A stretch of 64,000 nt of DNA, taken from positions 72,540,001-72,604,000 of the forward strand of contig OZ260664.1 of assembly GCA_965285935.1 (NCBI GenBank), written 5' to 3'. The notes beneath the pieces are model-generated. The model did no database searches and was not told where the DNA came from. It saw only the letters and a list, made by a program, of their open reading frames with translations. The DNA comes from Ophelia neglecta. Its lineage: Eukaryota. Position 1 is the first letter of the stretch. The number at the start of each line of letters is the position of its first letter. This document shows positions 1 through 12,260 of this stretch, piece by piece. The translations under genes and the position numbers were made by a program.

Positions 1-536
1 ATAATAAGCAAAAAAATCCGTGTTTAGGGATTTCATACTATATGCCGACATCATTTTAAGGGTCACTGAGTGTCATTTATTATAGATCAGTATAATACCA
101 TGTCATATATCTATAGCTCTTGTTTTTGCGAATATAAAAATCTCCGTCAGCAATGTCTCAAGTGGCATCTTTGTATACACACTGAACTAGCAAGGCGGTG
201 AATTGAGGTCAGATCACACAAGTGGCGCCCTCTGGACAGGTCCGCCGGAAGAATTGGCAAGGCGACTATAATACTGCTTGTTGTAAATAACCCTTGTCAA
301 CAGATTCCCGCGTGGCTATTTGGCTATTGCTATCTTACAACATCTGTTAGAGGATGTAAACTACGTTTCACATAAAGGAAGGTCCAAAATAATAAGGCAG
401 AATACCTGCGGGATTTTTCAAATGTCATTTTATCTTGGAAAATATAGCAGACATTAGGTTCTGTCTCTTCATGAACACGACAGACAAACCATTCAGTTGT
501 TCAGATATATCATTCGACTGGAAAAATGAACTCATT

Positions 537-721
537 TTAAATACCTGCAGGTCTCTTTTTAGCTTTACAGCGCTTGAACATCGTTTTGGTCGCTGCGCAT
601 GTGCTAGAACTTCCGGCTTTCAGCGTGGCCTCAGCTGACATCTTTTTGGTAGCAGCGTCACACTCGCTCCATTGTGAAGCATCTGGTTTTTCATATTTAC
701 ATCTCTCCACATTTTCTCCAG
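537..721 (-). CDS. PTN/MK C-terminal domain exon
   Basis: ttttag|ct; CKYE...WSECD...LK...C...C pattern; ends at TAA 537-539 or splices at cag|gtattt (exon end 545). Confidence 0.88.
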
Positions 722-3700
722 CTAAAAATATTAAGAATATATAAAAATTGTAAGAAAACACCAAGATTATCAGATTTATCTACTGCACCCAATAAATATC
801 ACTGGAACTTTATTTTTCCACTGTTATTTCAGGTTTTTATTCTAGAGCGGAGGGCTCATTCTGCATTTTTATCGTATTCTATATCCTAGCAAAGCATTAC
901 CTGCTCTGAATTTGGTGTGTTTTTTTTGTTAAGTCAGAGTTTAACGAATTATGTCGACGTTTTATGCTGACAACACTTTAAATGAATAGGTAGAATAGTT
1001 AAGTGCATTTTCTTTTCCAGTATGATACCCTGCCCAGAGACCCTTATCTTCTACCCGGTACGGGAACTAGTGGACAAGGCAATATGAGCAGGTTAGCTGC
1101 ATTATGACAGTAATAAAACGTATCACGAGCTAGTGTTTAAATTTAATTGTCCCAAAAAATTAAGCTTGGCCGATGGGCGAAATTGACAATTTGAATGAAC
1201 AATGTGATTAGTTATATAAAAAATCAGATTTTTCATAGAAACTTTCAACATTTTCAAGGTAATTACTGAAAAATGGCAGAAGACTAAAAACATACCTCAG
1301 GACAGACCTGAAAGCTTCACATGCCATGTAGAGCTAAATCTACTTGCCTTATCGGTCGTGCACAGTGAAAACATCTTATTGTTTATTGTTTTACCCTATA
1401 AGTGTTAATTCATTTTCAGTTATTTTCATACTCATGTGTCATTTGGGGCCCAAACTAAATAGCCAAACAGGGACTCACCACACGGTACTTTACACTTGAA
1501 GTCCTTGGTGGTTGGACTGCAGTGTTCACCTGTGCGGGTTCCCGTCTTTTTACCTCGACCACAATTTCCGGTTGTAGGCACACAATCGCCAAACGTCCAT
1601 TTTGAACATTGTTTTTTTTCCCTGCGGCCTGTAAACAGATAAATAAAAGTGTTTTTCAGATCAGGGTTAAACAGGTGAAACTGTGATAGCAGTATGAAAA
1701 ACACAAAAATAAATATTACTTTATATTCATCAATTTGATTAGGCTTTACAGTCGGAATCAAAGTAATATTTAGACATTATTAATTTACGCGGCTACAAAT
1801 CCTAATTCATAAAATCCTACTTTATAAACTGATATATTTGAGTTTATGAAATGTTCATCCCCGCATTTGACATATTCGGTTTATCGTAAGTCCTAAGTGC
1901 ATGTCTTTCATGACCCAATCTGCTTGCCCAATATAATGATTGTTCGATCCGTCTAACGTACTGACTTTACATGGGCCCAACAAGTTTGACCACGCCGGGA
2001 CATATAGCTGTGGCATACGATAATAATATACGTGTCTCATACTTTAGGACGCACTATAAGATAACTGGGGGGGGGGGGGGGGCGGTGGCTAAAATCTATA
2101 TGAAAAACAATTGTGCCAAAGTTAGAAAAAATATGTTCAAATAACTAAAAATTTGACGCAATATTTGAAATAATTTGTAGAAAGGTGCAGCAGTCTGAAC
2201 AATACAAAACATGCTGCACCTGTACCAGCCTTCCTTCTTCCATGGGCGCTAGTTTTTGCTGCAGACTTGGACAATGTAAATGTACAACCCATCTATAGTA
2301 TTACCTAAAAGACAGTTATTTGCCCGAGGTCGCCCATACACTGTGTGTAAATAATGTTTCCCAGCCCCGAGTCGAGCATGTTTTATGTTTTAGGGCTACC
2401 TACTATCTGCTGCCAGACGTCTTATTACGCAGAAGGATAGTAAAGTTAAATAAACTGGATGTCAATGTTTGTCCGGAATGCCAATACTAATTAGACGGAG
2501 ATAAGCCTGTGTAATTGTATCCTAAGCCCCGGGGATCGGCCTGGGCTGCCCTGGATCATTCCATGATAGCAAACTGGGAAGCCTAGGCATTTCAAAGGCT
2601 ATCCCTAAAGGTAACTTATTTACTGCTCATCAATGTAAAGTTTTGTCAGTAAATTGAGTGTAGACCTACAGGAACCACATGCATGGGGAGAACAAATACA
2701 ATTAATCACTTCCCTAATGAAGAAATTTATATTGAAAAAATCATGAATAACTATTTGATCGTTTACATTAATGGAGTTGCATATACTTATTATTTGTATA
2801 AATCTAAAAAGAAACAATCTATTGTTGTAATCGGCTAAACATTTGATTTGATTGTGCCATTTTCATTCGACTACAGAACGGTAATGGGCGATTAGTGTCA
2901 GAAGAATGGCTTTTATGAGATGGAATAACATCAAACCACAAAGAGACGTGGCTTATTTATATATTTTATGGGCCTATTTCTCGGCGTCATTATAGCAACC
3001 AGCTCGGTTTTGACTTGGTTCCGGCGCAGACGACCAATGTTAAACAAAGAGAACATTGTCCATTGTACATCTCGAAAACACGACTTAGACTTGACATGGA
3101 CATTTATAAAGACATGATAAGGCATATCCGGTATAGATGGTCCTATGTATAAAATATATATCATGAAATAGGCTTTTGTCTCCCCGCTGTATTAAAAATA
3201 TAAGAGCAGTGTCCTGCTTTACACGTATAGACATATACGTGTTGCTAGCTTTACAAAATTCCGCCGTTTATAGCGGTATACTCCGTTGTTCATAGTTGTA
3301 TGCTTCCGCTGAACAAACGACATCAACATTCGTGTAGCTATTAATATGTTTACCTCCTCTGTTCATATAACTGAACCTACATATTCCCGGCTGCAAGGTT
3401 TCGACTATATTCTATAAAAATATCAAGGAGGTCATAAACGAACGATTCTAACTTGCTTCGCGTGTTGCTCATTCACTGGCATAAAATACTCTTAAATCAA
3501 ATCATATCCCCAGGGGTGCATTTTTATCTCACTATTCCATTATTTCCGCTACAAATATTCGGTGCTGTGCACCAGAGCCAATAAAGCTATGGCTGCAGTT
3601 AGACATCTATACATAAACCATCTTTTACCATAATGTTGTAAAACATTTCCGCAAACACGAAGGCTATTATCGTGAATCAAACGGCTTATTTCGATCTCAA

Positions 3701-5301
3701 GGCCAACTATCTTGATTCTCGTGAATCTATTGGAGAGGACATTGTTGCCCATGACCTATTTATGGGCATATAGTGCCGTTTTTTTTTTCGTCTTGGATGC
3801 GACCATATCTCTTTCAAACGATCAGTCACTAACTTTGCCATATGTATAGATATTTTCGTAAACTGATGCCAGGGGTTTGTGGAGCAGACGTGTTTTGTTA
3901 CTTCACACGCGAGGTAATCTGATCAAGGCGCTTTCGGTGCTGCCTGTGCCATGAGGGACAAGGATGGCTCCATTAAGCAGATTATCTGAGGGCCAGGCGG
4001 TGTTCAGCTTAAGGGGGGGACTGACATGTATCTTCATGTACATGTAACTGAACCCATGTTTTACAGAAAGAGGATATACGTCATAAGCCCCCCCCCCCCC
4101 TCCCACTTCTCCTGCCTCTGCTGCCATCCTACACCTTCTCTTCCTCAATCATGCGTGAAGGGATTGGTGACAAGCTACTAAGCTATTCTTCGTTGAAACT
4201 GGAGAAGGCTTTGCATGGGAAAGGTCTCAATATTGCATAAGTCTATAGCTTGAGTCTATGTATAAAAATGAATGTAAATTCTGGGATAATCCGAGCTTAT
4301 TCAAGGTAAAGACACTCCGATGATATATCATTTTCACTTTATTATACACGATCATTAAAATATGTTTTGCCCTCTCTTTGGGTTCATGGTTCATTTGCAG
4401 TTTTCCCGGAGTATTTATACAAGTATATGCATGTATAATGCAGTGCTACTTGCATGTTCTCTAAAACGTAAAAAACCCGGTTTAGACTAATTTCTAATTT
4501 GCGTCGTATCGAATTCGAATTTACGCTCGTTTAAATTTCCCTTTCCAGTAACTTCTATAGACTCTACAGACAATTCTATAGGCATCATGATGCACATCTG
4601 GATACTATTAGAAAGAATGGAGACCAAGTATGTTTTCGGCACCCTTAAAGGACTAGATCCCTCACTGTTCAAGCGAAATTACATTCGACTCCAAATTGGT
4701 TTAAGGAAGAGCAGTTTTTGGGAGGATTCGGCTCCCTTCATGTGTTTGACTCGCTGTGAAAGCAATATTGATTTGTAATTAAGTTTGGGAAATAATTGCG
4801 GCGGATCAAGATGTGAGTAAATTGGCTTTCCGGGTGAGAAGTGCGGTTGTCCAGGGACCAAATGGGTGGGCGACAGGGTGTGAGATGTCTGAAAGGGCCG
4901 GAATCGTGAACAGAAAACAAACCCAACAGATTGCTCGGGTGGAGATGATGGGTGGCTCCATACTCTCTCGAAAAGGGGGGTTCACTTACATGGCGTGTGT
5001 GTACGATAGGCGTCCTCTCCTAGACACCACGATTGGTCTCAACCCCCCACCCCCCACCCCTCCACCCCCAACCCCCGCTAATTTCCGATAATTACATAGT
5101 GTACCGGTATGGTAAGGTTATCTTCCTTAAGTTCGCATGAAAAGGTTAATATTACATTGTCCTAATCCTTCAGTGCAGACATAGCTAGGCCTATAGCTTT
5201 ATAAATAATACCAATCTATAATAAGACATTTACTGACCTGCTTCTAAATAGGCTGGAAGAACTGCCAGGATAAGGATGGTGGATAGAATTAACCCCTGCA
5301 T
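537..5301 (-). CDS. PTN: Pleiotrophin/midkine-family secreted heparin-binding growth factor; join(5301..5238,1628..1479,721..537)
   Basis: Spliced translation MQGLILSTILILAVLPAYLEA-GRREKKQCSKWTFGDCVPTTGNCGRGKKTGTRTGEHCSPTTKDFKCKVPC-AGENVERCKYEKPDASQWSECDAATKKMSAEATLKAGSSSTCAATKTMFKRCKAKKRPAG(I*). It has a signal peptide, a 6-Cys N-domain, a 4-Cys C-domain and basic tails. Both introns are GT-AG, phase 1. The symbol denotes the family; orthology to PTN versus MDK is not resolved. Confidence 0.9.
1479..1628 (-). CDS. PTN/MK N-terminal domain exon
   Basis: acag|gc ... tgt g|gtgagt; CSKWTFGDCVPTTGNCGRGKKTGTRTGEHC...CKVPC matches the vertebrate PTN pattern [30 protein letters not shown]...CKIPC. 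Confidence 0.92.
5238..5301 (-). CDS. Signal-peptide exon of the pleiotrophin/midkine gene
   Basis: tttcag|a ATG CAG GGG TTA ... GAA GCA G|gtcagt; 21-aa hydrophobic leader ending L-E-A; phase 1 matches the next exon. Too short for the ORF track. Confidence 0.85.
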
Positions 5302-8300
5302 TCTGAAACTGAAAAAAGTGCATGTGAAATCATTTGGTACTGTGTAGTGTAATATACTCAGAAACCAAGAATGGAAAGGTGTCTGTGTCTTTAAATGGAA
5401 GGTAACATGGAATCATGCGTTGATCAAAAACGGCAATTGTAAACATTAGCTTGTATTTCTTATTTGATATAGATTTATATGCACGGCATTCGTAGGTACG
5501 GTTAGGATTCTGACCCCCCACCACACCCTCACCCCTCTCCAAGTAGCCCCCCCCCCGCAAGATATTTATTTAAGTACAGTTAATTAACAACAAGTAAATC
5601 AAATGTTACTCAAGCGCGTACATCGATCTTGGCATACTTTGTCTCCATTATCGCAACATATTACCAGAAAAAAGGGACAAGTAAACAATGCCTTATTTTA
5701 CATAGTTAGGTTTTCTTTGGCCAACTGGATGTAAAATATTGCTGGCGACCTTTTGTTGACGGAGAGGGTCGGGATTGGGATATATATTACATGATGCATA
5801 GCCTCGTGCTCCCAGGAGACCCTGCTACAAGAAAGTCGAACACAGTCCGTGTCAAATATCGTGTAAGTGTTCTTTGGATATAGTGTGCGATAAAATGAGT
5901 CCACGGGGGAACGACGGCGCCACATATATGTGTATTTAAGTATGTTGAGTATACTCTACTATACTGAATGCTCAACGGACTCAACGAGACACTGTCCAGT
6001 ACAAGAATTTAAGTGTCCAGCCGTCAGCAGATATCCATTACTTGTCAGGCTGAAACTGTGTCTTACTGGTAGGCCACTCCGAATAATGCAATGGCCAACT
6101 TCGCCACAATAACACTATATTTTCTGACATAATAACGGAATTAATTCATAGAATAAATCAATTGAACCCTGAGGCAAAATGAGCATGTCTAATAAATTAG
6201 TAGTTTCAATCCGTATTAGAAAACTTGAAAACAAGGAAATATATAAATAACACTACTTATAGCTCTTCTCACATCCTAATGATCCTACATAGATTACACT
6301 AAAAATACCGCGAGGATAACACTGAACTGAGAGTTGGGAACAGAAGATTTATCGGGAAGAGGTTTTCTTTCATATATATCCTATGTATAAATCTGTCGTT
6401 TGGCTCTAAAAGTAGGTGATGCTATGTGTTGGGTTTGAAATGGTTTTAATTCCAATTTAGGTGTTTTGACGATGCTGGAGTGCTGGTGAATGATCTGCTG
6501 TTACAAGTTTGTCAGCGGAAGTTTCAGTAAAAGAAAAACACTTCACCAACCTAGCACTACGTGAACAAATGGAGCTCGGAGGGTACCACCATGACACCGT
6601 TCACAGATTTTGAGGACGGAATATGGCAGAATACTTAAAACTGCGCCGGTAGAGGAAGCATATGTATATGTTTTGTCCATGGCGCCTTTTACTGTCAACG
6701 TCAAGACAAGCAAACATAGAAACATGACATTTATCGTTGTTGACAGTTTCCATTATAATGAAAAGCAGCCCTTCCTGCTACAAGGGAAGTGGGCAAGATT
6801 GTCTGGCCTTGGTTGTATTTATCGGGTTTCTGAATATCATATTCCTGTCACTTCTGGTTACAGAATAATGAGGATTTTGACGGCTTCTCCCGTATATTGT
6901 GTGGTCTAAGTAAACCTGCATGCAAGTATTTCGCCCGAGAACAAACATATTAGCCATGAAACTAATAACATAACTGTTATTATGTCATACCCTCTTATTT
7001 TGTCGGTTAATTTAGTTTATATAACCTCCTGTGTACTGGGAATAGTTTAGAATAGAGGCCTTGAGCGATTCCTTCTGAGTCATGTGGCTGGTCATATGGG
7101 AAAACAATTCTCGTTTATGGCCATTTCTTGTTAGTTACTTATCAAAGAGGCTGAACAGTTTAAAAGAACAGTAATGTTCACCGGGAAAACTTGCTGACCC
7201 TACCCCCCTCCCCCCCGCATCCCCCCCCCCCCACCCCTTCCCAGTCCTCTCCCACATACCAGTACCACCAACAAACACCAAGCTTCCTGAAAACTCCAAC
7301 CAAATAGATAGTACACCATCGTCTTGCAGAATCCTCCTGTGGTTTGTCGAGTTATCGTTTGGTTCGGTACTTCTGGCAAATTCTATCTATACTATGGCAA
7401 CGTACTGGCCAGCCTTGTGTTGAGTAATAGCAGACGTCGTTCATCCTGACAAGGTCTGATAAACAGAGGCAGACAATTCGGGAAAGGCTTTCAGAACGTA
7501 TTGGCTTACCCCCACCAAACCCCCCACCCCAACCCCCACCCCCTCCCCACACCCTTCCGCACGCCATCATCAGCACCACCCCTAACGAGAAGTTGAGGAC
7601 AAACAATATTGGTAAGGGGAGGGTTCGCTTTAGATATCACTGGTTAAATTGAAGACGAAGAGGGGGGAGGGGATACAGCAATGAAAGACGCTATAGACAC
7701 TTTCGCCTAGCGGTCGCTAGTTTTGAGAGGAGCTTCTATGTTGTTGCATATATAAACCAAAGGGGCCAAAATGAGAGCTTAATATCTGTAGGTCTAATCA
7801 AAGCAGTCGTCTTTTGGCTATAGCAATGCCACATTGAACATAATCTGGGCATATTTTACGTTTTGTGTATAAAACTAGTTCTTTTCACAAGTTGGCATAT
7901 CTACAATTTGCCAAATTCCTAAGGCCAGTGATTCACTTAGAACCACGAGTGCCATGACTCGATGGTGAAACCTTATGAAAATTTACCGAGTCCTCAATAT
8001 AGTTTAAAGACTTCGTGTTGAAATTTAGTGAGATATGGGACCCGCTTCAGTGCAAAAGTTTGAGTCATTTTGAAAAATTGCGAGTCAAGGGACTCGGGTG
8101 TACATAAATCTTCGCGCGGTTTGTGATATAAAATATTATAAATGACTCTAGCATTACAAGCCCCCGAATGTGTCTCACGTTACCGGCGGCTTTCGCTGGC
8201 GCTATAAACACCAGCTCATTTGTACCAAAGAACATAACGTGTTATGTTACCTCGTTATCTCCCAGCATGCAGGCTCTACATATACATGTGCCGACCGTAT

Positions 8301-9855
8301 GACATCCTGACACTCTACTCACGGTATTTTTATAAGCTGTAGGTCAATTTTAAGCGCCTATCGTCAGACTTATTAACCTGACACTACTAGTCTCACCCAA
8401 AGAAAAAACTGAAAAAAAAACCATTAGTTCTAACTGCGTTCTGAAGCATCCGCTTTTTCCTCTTAATTTGAGGGCGAGCAACGAGAAAAATGGAAAGCAG
8501 GCATGACTATTCACTACCGGGTAGAACGCATACCCCGCTTCCTCGTCAATTTTCTGTGATACTTTAATTTCAATTAGCCTACCTATAGGCTCCTATACAG
8601 ACGTATATAGTCTATGATACTGAGATACAAACCATTGAGGTCAAGATAAGGCTCCAAAAGGTCAAATTCCGGGATCACTTGCCTAATAAGTGGTGGTTGA
8701 TACACTGGTTAATTCTGAACATTGTGGGCCTGTGACACCGTATTTCGCCACCGTATCTTAGTTCTTCACTTCTTGAAATCTGTTATTCAGTTCGCGATAC
8801 GAGTTCTTCGCCAAGACGTGTCGATATTCAGACAAAAAAACCCAGAAATACTGAAAGTTTATAATGCTGCAATTAGTACTTTGCCACCATGTTTTTCAAT
8901 TCAAAGTTTAGTCCTTGTCATAAATTCAATCTTCCCAAACAATATCAAAATCAGTGATTTAATGTGGTTATGTCACGGTTTCAAAGTACACCATGTGATT
9001 TATCATACTTCGCCGCACAAACGGATCCTGTATAGCTTATGATTATAGTAGCGTTACTAATGGTTCGTCACATTTGCTTGTAATTTCAACCCATTCGTGT
9101 CAAGCCCGCATAGGTGTGTTTTATAAGGCATGGATAGAGCATACAACAGGAAGAACATCTGAGGAAAAGTACAGATCACTTCTTAAACCTTTCGGAAATT
9201 TCACTGTGATTTGGCTACAGCTCATTCGCTGATTAAACATTCGTTGAAAATTAAAAACACCTATGCTACCAACTTTTCCGCATCTTTGTATAGCTACAAA
9301 TGTGTAGCTTGTATATGTATATAGTTTGTATATATATACCTCTGGGTGTTTTTATTTTCTTGATGACCCAGAAATAACGAGACAGTTGAACACTGTCGAG
9401 ACACTTGTAGGCAAATAAAAAGATGTGCAGAGAACCAAGTATGTACGTGCATAGACACCTATTTACCTACCAGCACATACATAAAAATTCTGCCACCAAG
9501 CAATGTTGTAAGGAATAATATCATGTGAATAGGTGATACACCCCTAAAATGATAACATACATGGTTTTGCTTGTAAAAAGAATATCATTTCTTTTAAACT
9601 GTAGCTATGAAAAGCAATAAATTGTTGCCATGAATGAGGCATGCGTTAAACTTATACAACATTAATAATTAATCTTATTAATACCGACCTGCTTATGTAC
9701 CAAATATTTTTCCCGTGAGAATCAGCTGGAATCCTTCTGTAAAAGCTGAGCGATATATCGTATGAACTATAATTGTGTGCTATCTTCCAGCCGACATTAC
9801 TAATTTGTAATATGTTGGCAGAGATAGGTGAATGTCGACAAATGAACTGACTTAC

Positions 9856-9990
9856 GGTAGATCTCAGGGATCTTTCTGTATAACCGGGAAGCGTTGCAAG
9901 TCTATGTTCACAAAGAGCCTCGTTATGGCGATCTAACTAGTCAGAACCAGATATCGGCAGACAGCCTGCGCATAGCTTTATCGCGCGCTG
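9856..9990 (-). other. Possible non-coding first exon of the pleiotrophin gene
   Basis: Consensus donor acc|gtaagtca at 9855 preceded by a CpG-richer stretch. The ATG exon starts 1 nt after an acceptor, so an upstream UTR exon is expected. Assignment is inference. Confidence 0.3.
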
Positions 9991-10339
9991 TGTTTACCAA
10001 GAACCACAGAAAACCACATGACTGGTACTTAGCGATCCAACATACTGGGGAATGTGCCTAAGCTTAAGATTGGGATGTAGCTCAAGCGAGGGGGTGGTGG
10101 TCAGGGGTAGGGAGAGGGTTGCTCCGGGCCCGGTGCTCAGGCCATGCGGATTCTGGACATTGCATCTGAGCAAGTCAGCTGGTGGTTCCAGCCAGAAGAA
10201 TTTTTGGGGCAAGCCCCTCCCCATTCCATCTCCAGGTCGCCCCCCCCCCTGCCCACCACCACCAGGTACGAGACCCGGATACGCGATGCCTTAGACGCAT
10301 TCCAGCTAAAAATGTACCTTGTAGTGCTCAGCACTTCAG

Positions 10340-10862
10340 GAATGCATTTTGCTTGAAGTGGCCAGCCCAACTCCAACTTCAAACATTGGGTTTATCCATC
10401 CCAATTCCCACCGCCAACAGGGCAGGGAGTGCTCCAACATGGGAATCCCCCTTACTCACGGTGCCTACTGGGCAGGTCGTGTCCTATCACAGGGTAGCCA
10501 TCCCGACTTCCTTCTGCCAACACGCAGGTTGCGCTCAAACATGGGGTAGCCGCCCCAGCTTCCACTGCCAACAGGGCTGCAGGTTGTGTCCTTGAAGCAT
10601 GGGATAACCACCCAACGCCCACCGCAAACAGGGTAGATAGTGGTCAAACATTGGGTAGCCTCCCCAACTTGCTAATCCCAGTGATAACAGGCAAACATGG
10701 GGTAACCACTCAACGCCCACCGCTAACAGGACAGGTTGTGTTGAAACATTGGCTAACCACCCCAACTCCCACCGCCAACAAGACAGGTTGTGTTTAAACA
10801 TGGAGTAACCACCCCAGCTCCCATCGCCAACAGGGCAGGAAGGTCTCAAACATGGTTAACAC
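10340..10862. repeat. Degenerate ~50-bp tandem repeat (~10 copies)
   Basis: Recurring aaacatggggtarccaccccaactcccaccgccaacagggcaggttgtg; aaacat(g/t)gg anchors near 10381, 10436, 10537, 10595, 10646, 10694, 10744, 10796, 10848. Confidence 0.75.
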
Positions 10863-11379
10863 CCTTTGACATGTTTTTTTTGTCTGGTGGAAATGACAGC
10901 ATGACAACCAATCATACAAGGGCATGTTTTTATTTAGAAAATAGATATACGGGGTGGGCGCAGATTGGTCGCGGAGCATTTTGAGAACGCCCGTCAGTTG
11001 TGGGGTTTGCCCTGGTTAGGCCTATTGTTGTAGCAAAAATGGCGGATTCGATAGAACAGCATCGGTTAATCGGCTTCAGAAGTTAACTTTTATTTTTTAC
11101 CTGAATTTATGGGGTCAATGAATATATTTCGAGTATCAAAATATATTCAGAGCGCATAATTTAAACCCACCTATATCATAGGTCCACCTGATAGTCTGTT
11201 AAGAGTTGCCCTTTAAACTGTTTCTGTTTTGTTTATTAATACGAGAATACCAATTAAACATTATATTTCTTTCACGCTTAGAAGCATACCTAATCTCCAA
11301 ATATCAGCAAATATGACCTTGTGTCATTCCAGCGTCCAGCAGGGCATAGGCAGCTCATCTTGCCTTTAATATATGTTGT

Positions 11380-12260
11380 CAATTGTGCCAAGATGAGTCT
11401 CTAGGTAAGAGGTCTCAAATGGCTTGTCAAAGGGACTCCCACGAGCTACCAAGTCCGACAATCATGGTATTGGGTTTCGGGGTACTAAAATTGTATCTTT
11501 ATTCCGTGCTTCCATGTCAGCAAGATTCAAAATGGTCTGTAAATAAGTCCCACCGCCATGATGAAGCCACATCTTGACCTCGCTATATTTCCCTGTAAAT
11601 TGTTCCCTCTTGCTTTATATAACGCAGGTGACGGAATACAACCCTACCGCACACCATGTCCTTTACAGAATCTATCAGAGATCATTCCATTGCGTTTGAC
11701 CACTGATGACATGTTCCTGTAACAGTTCCTTTATAGTATAGCCAGAGGTCACCACTTATTCCCAAAGTGTTGATGTCCATTAGCAAACCGTAGTGTCAAA
11801 CAACATCAAACGCTTTCGATGCACCCAAGAAAGTGAGATAAACTGTCTCGATTGATTCTCGCCTCAGGCCTAGAGCCTCCGAGAGCAGGATTCCATATTC
11901 AAACAAGATAACGACGCTCAATTTGGATCGATTCAGCCAAGAACCAATGATCTCAGCAAACGGTTTGACAATAATATTGTCGACGATCTTCCCAATAAAT
12001 GAAGTTTCCGTTATCCGAACATATTTGTTAGGATTTCGGGTGATTATTTTTTATTATGGTTGTTAGGAAGCCGACCTTCTTTGACTTAGTTATCGTAATC
12101 TCAATAAAAAGGTTTCTAAACAGCTGGAAGAGAAATAGCATTGGTGCCTGAAAATCGTCTGCTTTCTTTAGATGATCCGTATTCAGACTGACAAGTTCTG
12201 GAGACTTTTCATTTTTAGGCTTAGTATGACTTTAGATTTTTCCATAGATCTATCTTTCTC
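11380..12260 (-). mobile_element. Decayed non-LTR retrotransposon (LINE) reverse-transcriptase remnant; may extend toward ~13400
   Basis: Minus-strand RT motifs in the correct order, broken by stops/frameshifts: NPNKYVRITETSFIGKIVD (~12035-11980), VYLTFLGASKAFDVV*H (~11843-11793), GVR*GCIPSPALY (~11655-11616), RYNFSTPK (~11498). The YADD segment appears deleted. Confidence 0.85.

Noticed and set aside
3549-3614. MYRCLTAAIALLALVHSTEYL as the PTN signal peptide
   Set aside because: No phase-1 donor to join exon 1628; the exon at 5301..5238 fits with proper splice sites.
10070-10140. tRNA-like start gggatgtagctcaag
   Set aside because: No B-box/T-loop (GTTCRA) or cloverleaf downstream.
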